From positions 113,944 through 133,943 of IMG/VR virus record IMGVR_UViG_3300035181_001618: a DNA stretch of 20,000 nt. The stretch is one strand, 5' to 3'. Position numbers and translations under genes: made by a program. Of the stretch, positions 16,753 to 20,000 are shown in pieces; the stretch's first letter is position 1, and each line of letters starts with the position of its first letter. The notes under the pieces are model-generated. The model searched no databases. It worked only from the letters and a program-made list of their open reading frames with translations, and was not told where the DNA came from. This DNA is from an uncultured virus (IMG/VR IMGVR_UViG_3300035181_001618). Its lineage: Duplodnaviria; Heunggongvirae; Uroviricota; Caudoviricetes.

Positions 16753-18638
16753 TCCTTCACCACCATGAAGTTGTGCGTGAAGATGTACCGGCCCGGCTCG
16801 TCGCCTGCGGCATAGCACTGGTTTAAGCAGTAGATCGTTGCTACCAACCAACGCCCTTGCGGCTCAACAGAAGTGATGGTCTCCCAGCGGAAGCCGCTGT
16901 TGTCCTGCACCGGCAGCTGCTTGCCTAGCACGTCGGTCGAGTTGCACATTGAGCCGTCGCGCAGAGTCATCGGCGTGTTGTCCGAGCAAGTCAACGTGAT
17001 GCCAGACTCAGAGGTCAGCTTTAGCACGTTTTGCTCGCTGATACGGTTCGTGACAACCTGCCCTGCCATAGAGGACTCGCGCTGGTTCGGTTCGAGCAGC
17101 ATGAGCGGGTCACCAGCTTGGAGGTTGCCTGCTTGCTTCTCGGTGAACGGCATGTAGGCTGTCACCTTGACAGATCCGCCGCCACCCCCGCCACCTGGGC
17201 TTGGTGAGCCTCCGCCGAATGCGCCGTTGTAGTTGACTTGCACTTGGTTGCTGAGCGTGTAGCCGAAGTTGTTCCAGACAGCGGCTTGGTAATAGTAACC
17301 CGACCCGATTTGAGGGCCGCCGTTCATGCTAGTGCTGCCGCCCGTAGCCGCGGAGCCAGCCGGGAAGCTGATGGCTGAGCTGTTGTACGCTGGCACCCAC
17401 CATTGACCGCCACCCAAGCCTGACGGCCTGACATTGGTCTGTAGGCCATTAAGGTCAGCGCCTGCAAAAATCGGTGCGCCGGTAAGCGGGCCGTTAGACC
17501 AGCCGTAGCTGATCGGGCCTATGCCCGTAGCGGTCAGCGACAGCGTAACCGGAGTCGTCCAGTTGGTGCTGACGGAGGTTGGCTGCACCGTGATGACCGG
17601 CGCCGTACCTGACGTGCTGACAACGATGGAGTCTGAGCGGATCGTGCCGGCCGGCGTGATGCCATAGACCTGTGCGGATAGCGAGTGCGTGCCAGTCGAA
17701 GTTGCGGTCACGTTGAACGCCAAGGTACCCACGCCGCCTGTGATATTGAGCGAGCCTACAATCGCGTTGTCAAAGTCGCCCGAGAGCCCACCGCCTGGGT
17801 TAGTCAGGATAGTGTTGACGGTAACAGTTTGGTCAACAGCTGATGTGAAGTGCAGCGTGATGACAGCATTCTGACCCACGGAGTACGGGCCTGCTGCAAA
17901 GGTCGCCGACGTGTACGTGATAGCAGAACCAACAGGAGTGCCTGGGGTCGGCGACGGCGTGGAGGCAACGACGGTGACATTAGCTGTACGTGAACCGCCG
18001 ACGATGTTGCTGCCCGTAGCGGTCGCTAGCATCGGGTGGAAGCCCGTTGTGACCGTGTTGACCGTGTAGTTCAGATAGCCGATGCCACCAATGATCTGCA
18101 CTACAGTAGAGTGAGGGCCGCCGGCTCCCGAGTTGAGACCACCGTCATTGTTGACCAGCGTGACGGTGACCGGCGCAACTTGATCCGTCGGCGACGTGAA
18201 TGTCAGGGTCAGGGTCGTGCTGCCCCCGATAGTGACGGATGTAGGTGAAAACTCAAGCGCGGCGTAGGTCACGTCGGTGCTTGGAGATGGGGTAGGTGTT
18301 GGGGTAGGGCTTGGAGTCGGGCTCGGGCTCGGCGTGCTGAACTCAGGGTGTGGCCACATCACAACCCATTGAGCCCCTGTAGTGAACATCTTCAGCTCAT
18401 CATTCACCGGATTATACCACACCTGGCCAGCTGTCGGGTGTGCAGGCGCAACGCCGCTCGAGAAACTCTCCAAGAGCTTCATCAGGTTTTCGACCAGATG
18501 CTCGCCCCAGTTCTCAACACCCCTGCCTGTCAATGCCAGCGAAGTGGTCGAGGTATCGATTGACCCAGCGGACAAGGTAAACGGCGCCTTAAGGGAGTCG
18601 TTTGACCAGTTGATGGTGTAGTTATTGAGAGTCGCCAT
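16749..18638 (-). CDS. Tail fibre / virion protein (629 aa): anchor domain, PT/PS linker, Ig-like modules, Gly7 linker, C-terminal Hint domain
   Basis: Same anchor domain as 147..1718. Ig-type motif APVITVQPTSV....PVTLSLTATG.GPISY.W...YY....N..G...S..V.V. Ends GGGGGGG-SV...IFTHN-FMVVKE. Confidence 0.85.
   Translation of the reverse strand: MATLNNYTINWSNDSLKAPFTLSAGSIDTSTTSLALTGRGVENWGEHLVENLMKLLESFSSGVAPAHPTAGQVWYNPVNDELKMFTTGAQWVVMWPHPEFSTPSPSPTPSPTPTPTPSPSTDVTYAALEFSPTSVTIGGSTTLTLTFTSPTDQVAPVTVTLVNNDGGLNSGAGGPHSTVVQIIGGIGYLNYTVNTVTTGFHPMLATATGSNIVGGSRTANVTVVASTPSPTPGTPVGSAITYTSATFAAGPYSVGQNAVITLHFTSAVDQTVTVNTILTNPGGGLSGDFDNAIVGSLNITGGVGTLAFNVTATSTGTHSLSAQVYGITPAGTIRSDSIVVSTSGTAPVITVQPTSVSTNWTTPVTLSLTATGIGPISYGWSNGPLTGAPIFAGADLNGLQTNVRPSGLGGGQWWVPAYNSSAISFPAGSAATGGSTSMNGGPQIGSGYYYQAAVWNNFGYTLSNQVQVNYNGAFGGGSPSPGGGGGGGSVKVTAYMPFTEKQAGNLQAGDPLMLLEPNQRESSMAGQVVTNRISEQNVLKLTSESGITLTCSDNTPMTLRDGSMCNSTDVLGKQLPVQDNSGFRWETITSVEPQGRWLVATIYCLNQCYAAGDEPGRYIFTHNFMVVKE
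16770..17174 (-). other. Hint (Hedgehog/intein, bacterial intein-like) domain, 135 aa, no endonuclease
   Basis: Ser1 after the Gly7 linker; K.AGNLQAGD.L (block A region); LKLTSESGITLTCSDNTPM (block B); WETITSVE...V.TI.....YAAG (block F); IFTHN (block G). Confidence 0.8.
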
Positions 18639-18643
18639 AGAGC

Positions 18644-18649
18644 TATTTA
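18644..18649 (-). promoter_or_regulatory. T4-like late promoter box TAAATA, 5 nt before the ATG of the 629-aa gene
   Basis: Minus strand reads CTTAAATA-GCTCT-ATG with no Shine-Dalgarno. Confidence 0.75.
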
Positions 18650-18861
18650 AGAGTTCCAGTTGTCCACAAACCCCTCAGCCCAACCTTTTACGTCACCGTG
18701 GCTTGTATCGGTTGAATACAAGTCATCACATTTGACAAAGCGAGCGCACTGAAGCCATGAACAATCATCAGCTTTACGTCAGTTCCGTCTTCGATGAAGG
18801 CTTGTTGTAAAGCCAAAGCGAGCTTACGGGTCATTGACTCAAGGAGATGTTGGAGCTTCAT
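18647..18861 (-). pseudogene. Small ORF (57 aa, 18688..18861, MKLQHLLES...) or frameshifted remnant continuing to the TAA at 18647-18649
   Basis: ATGA overlap with the upstream stop. A second frame reads FVKCDDLYSTDTSHGDVKGWAEGFVDNWNS and ends at the TAA of the TAAATA box. Below the ORF-track size cut-off. Confidence 0.5.
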
Positions 18862-19199
18862 AGCTTGCTAATGCCTCGTTTGGCTAGCTGTTGATTGCGG
18901 TCCGCGAGCATTAGGTTTTCGCTGAGGGTCTTAAGAATGTCAAACACCTCAGCAAGCGTGTGAGTAAACGTACCCATTGGCGGAGCCTTAGACGTGCCGA
19001 GCACGAAGAGGTAAACCTTGGGGTCATCCTGGTCTTTAGGCTTCAGCACTTCTACTAGCTTGAGACGACAGTCAAGCAGCTTGATAGTCGAGCTCGTTAG
19101 CTGAAGCGTGAGGTTAAGCAGCATCTTGACATCGAGGTAGTCAAGACGCTCAATGAGCTCCTGCTGTACCTCGAGCAAGTCACGCCTGGTCGCTGTCAT
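18858..19199 (-). CDS. Hypothetical protein (113 aa), possible capsid-internal protein
   Basis: Starts 2 nt after the baseplate gene stop. N-terminus MTATRRDLLE. No recognisable domain. Confidence 0.65.
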   Translation of the reverse strand: MTATRRDLLEVQQELIERLDYLDVKMLLNLTLQLTSSTIKLLDCRLKLVEVLKPKDQDDPKVYLFVLGTSKAPPMGTFTHTLAEVFDILKTLSENLMLADRNQQLAKRGISKL

Positions 19200-19201
19200 G
19201 C

Positions 19202-20000
19202 TTACTTCTGCCTCAGCGTTGCACGGTCAAGGCCCTCTACAACGACAACGTCCTTCAGCTCAAGAGCCGAGACGAGAACCTCATCCTCGCCGGCCGAGAT
19301 CTGCTGCAGGTCGCCGTAGTAGTTGGTCGGGAACTCAGGCACCAACACCGCAGCCGCAACATCAAGCGGCAGCTCCTTATGGATGACCGAAATCAGGCTC
19401 GTGGCGTAGAAGCTCGAGCTGAAGTCCAGGTTGTCGATCGAGAAGAAGTTGTTGACGATGTCGAGCACCTTTAGACGTAGCTGGTCATTTGCCAAGCGCG
19501 AGCTTGCCGTCTTGACTAGCTTGACCTTTGCGCGAAGCTCAGGCAGCGCCTTCGAGCCGAACAGCAGCTTGACCTTAGCTGGGTGAAGGATCGTCGTATC
19601 CGAGATCATCTTGTTTGTCAGCAGGCCGCGGTAGGTAGCGCGCAGCTCGAACGGAGTTGGCGGTACCGGCTCTACGGTTGACGTGCCTCGCACATAGTCC
19701 ACAAGGCGCGAGTAGTAGCCACGCGTCAGCACAAACATGTCGATGATGTTGGACGGCGCTGGGTCAATCAAGCTCTCTTGAGCCGCATAGTGGATCCAGA
19801 CAAAGTCGAGAGCCTCACGGCCGCGCTTCCGCACGATGCTGCCTGCGGTGTCATTGACGTACGTCAGGCTCTGCAGGTAAGCGGTCTTCGGTGCAGGCGT
19901 AAGCTTGCCGGTCACGCTGTCCGCGGTGAAGTACACGTAGCTGTTGTCCGCAACGAAGTCGAGGAAGAGGAAGGACGCATACGGCCTGCCGTCCGCAGCT
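19202..20000 (-). CDS. C-terminal part of a baseplate wedge subunit (T4 gp6-like); gene begins beyond the window
   Basis: Frame stays open from 19936 to the edge (AADGRPYASFLFLDFVADNSYV). Motifs GR..L.F...H.A.....IDP..SNIID.FVLT..Y, P.PPT..EL, K.ISD.....P.K.K.LFG.KA...L.A and FF.I.N.DF...FY. Confidence 0.75.
   Translation of the reverse strand, partial: AADGRPYASFLFLDFVADNSYVYFTADSVTGKLTPAPKTAYLQSLTYVNDTAGSIVRKRGREALDFVWIHYAAQESLIDPAPSNIIDMFVLTRGYYSRLVDYVRGTSTVEPVPPTPFELRATYRGLLTNKMISDTTILHPAKVKLLFGSKALPELRAKVKLVKTASSRLANDQLRLKVLDIVNNFFSIDNLDFSSSFYATSLISVIHKELPLDVAAAVLVPEFPTNYYGDLQQISAGEDEVLVSALELKDVVVVEGLDRATLRQK

Noticed and set aside
16753..16851. Track start at 16851 for the 154-aa ORF
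   Set aside because: Would overlap the Hint coding sequence by about 100 nt; the GTGA-coupled start at 16752 is more plausible.
16770..17174. Canonical mobile, splicing intein
   Set aside because: No endonuclease domain, no Cys/Ser/Thr at +1, and only six residues follow the domain.

Overview
Part of the virion morphogenesis (baseplate/tail-fibre) region of a large, T4-related or jumbo myovirus-like phage. All credible genes are on the minus strand. In transcription order (right to left) they are: the C-terminal part of a baseplate wedge subunit; two small inserted ORFs; a 629-aa Ig-rich fibre ending in an atypical Hint (intein-like) domain; a small ORF; a 2843-aa and a 591-aa baseplate protein; a GPT collagen-like fibre; an unannotated, deletion-riddled remnant of a LamG/ConA-like fibre-tip gene; a conserved 189-aa structural protein; a hypothetical ORF; a MobE-like HNH homing endonuclease; a DUF5659-like protein; a prolyl-hydroxylase-like 2OG-Fe(II) oxygenase; and a 523-aa paralogue of the 629-aa fibre, followed by a terminator-like hairpin. 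Five TAAATA boxes resembling T4 late promoters lie in front of genes. Three are 4-6 nt from the start codon (predicted leaderless mRNA) and two are followed directly by hairpins. The most interesting signals are the Hint-terminated fibre, the oxygenase beside Ser/Thr-Pro-rich fibres, the collapsed remnant genes, and small ORFs with N-termini resembling capsid-targeting sequences. Family assignments come from recognising motifs by eye; no database search was run.
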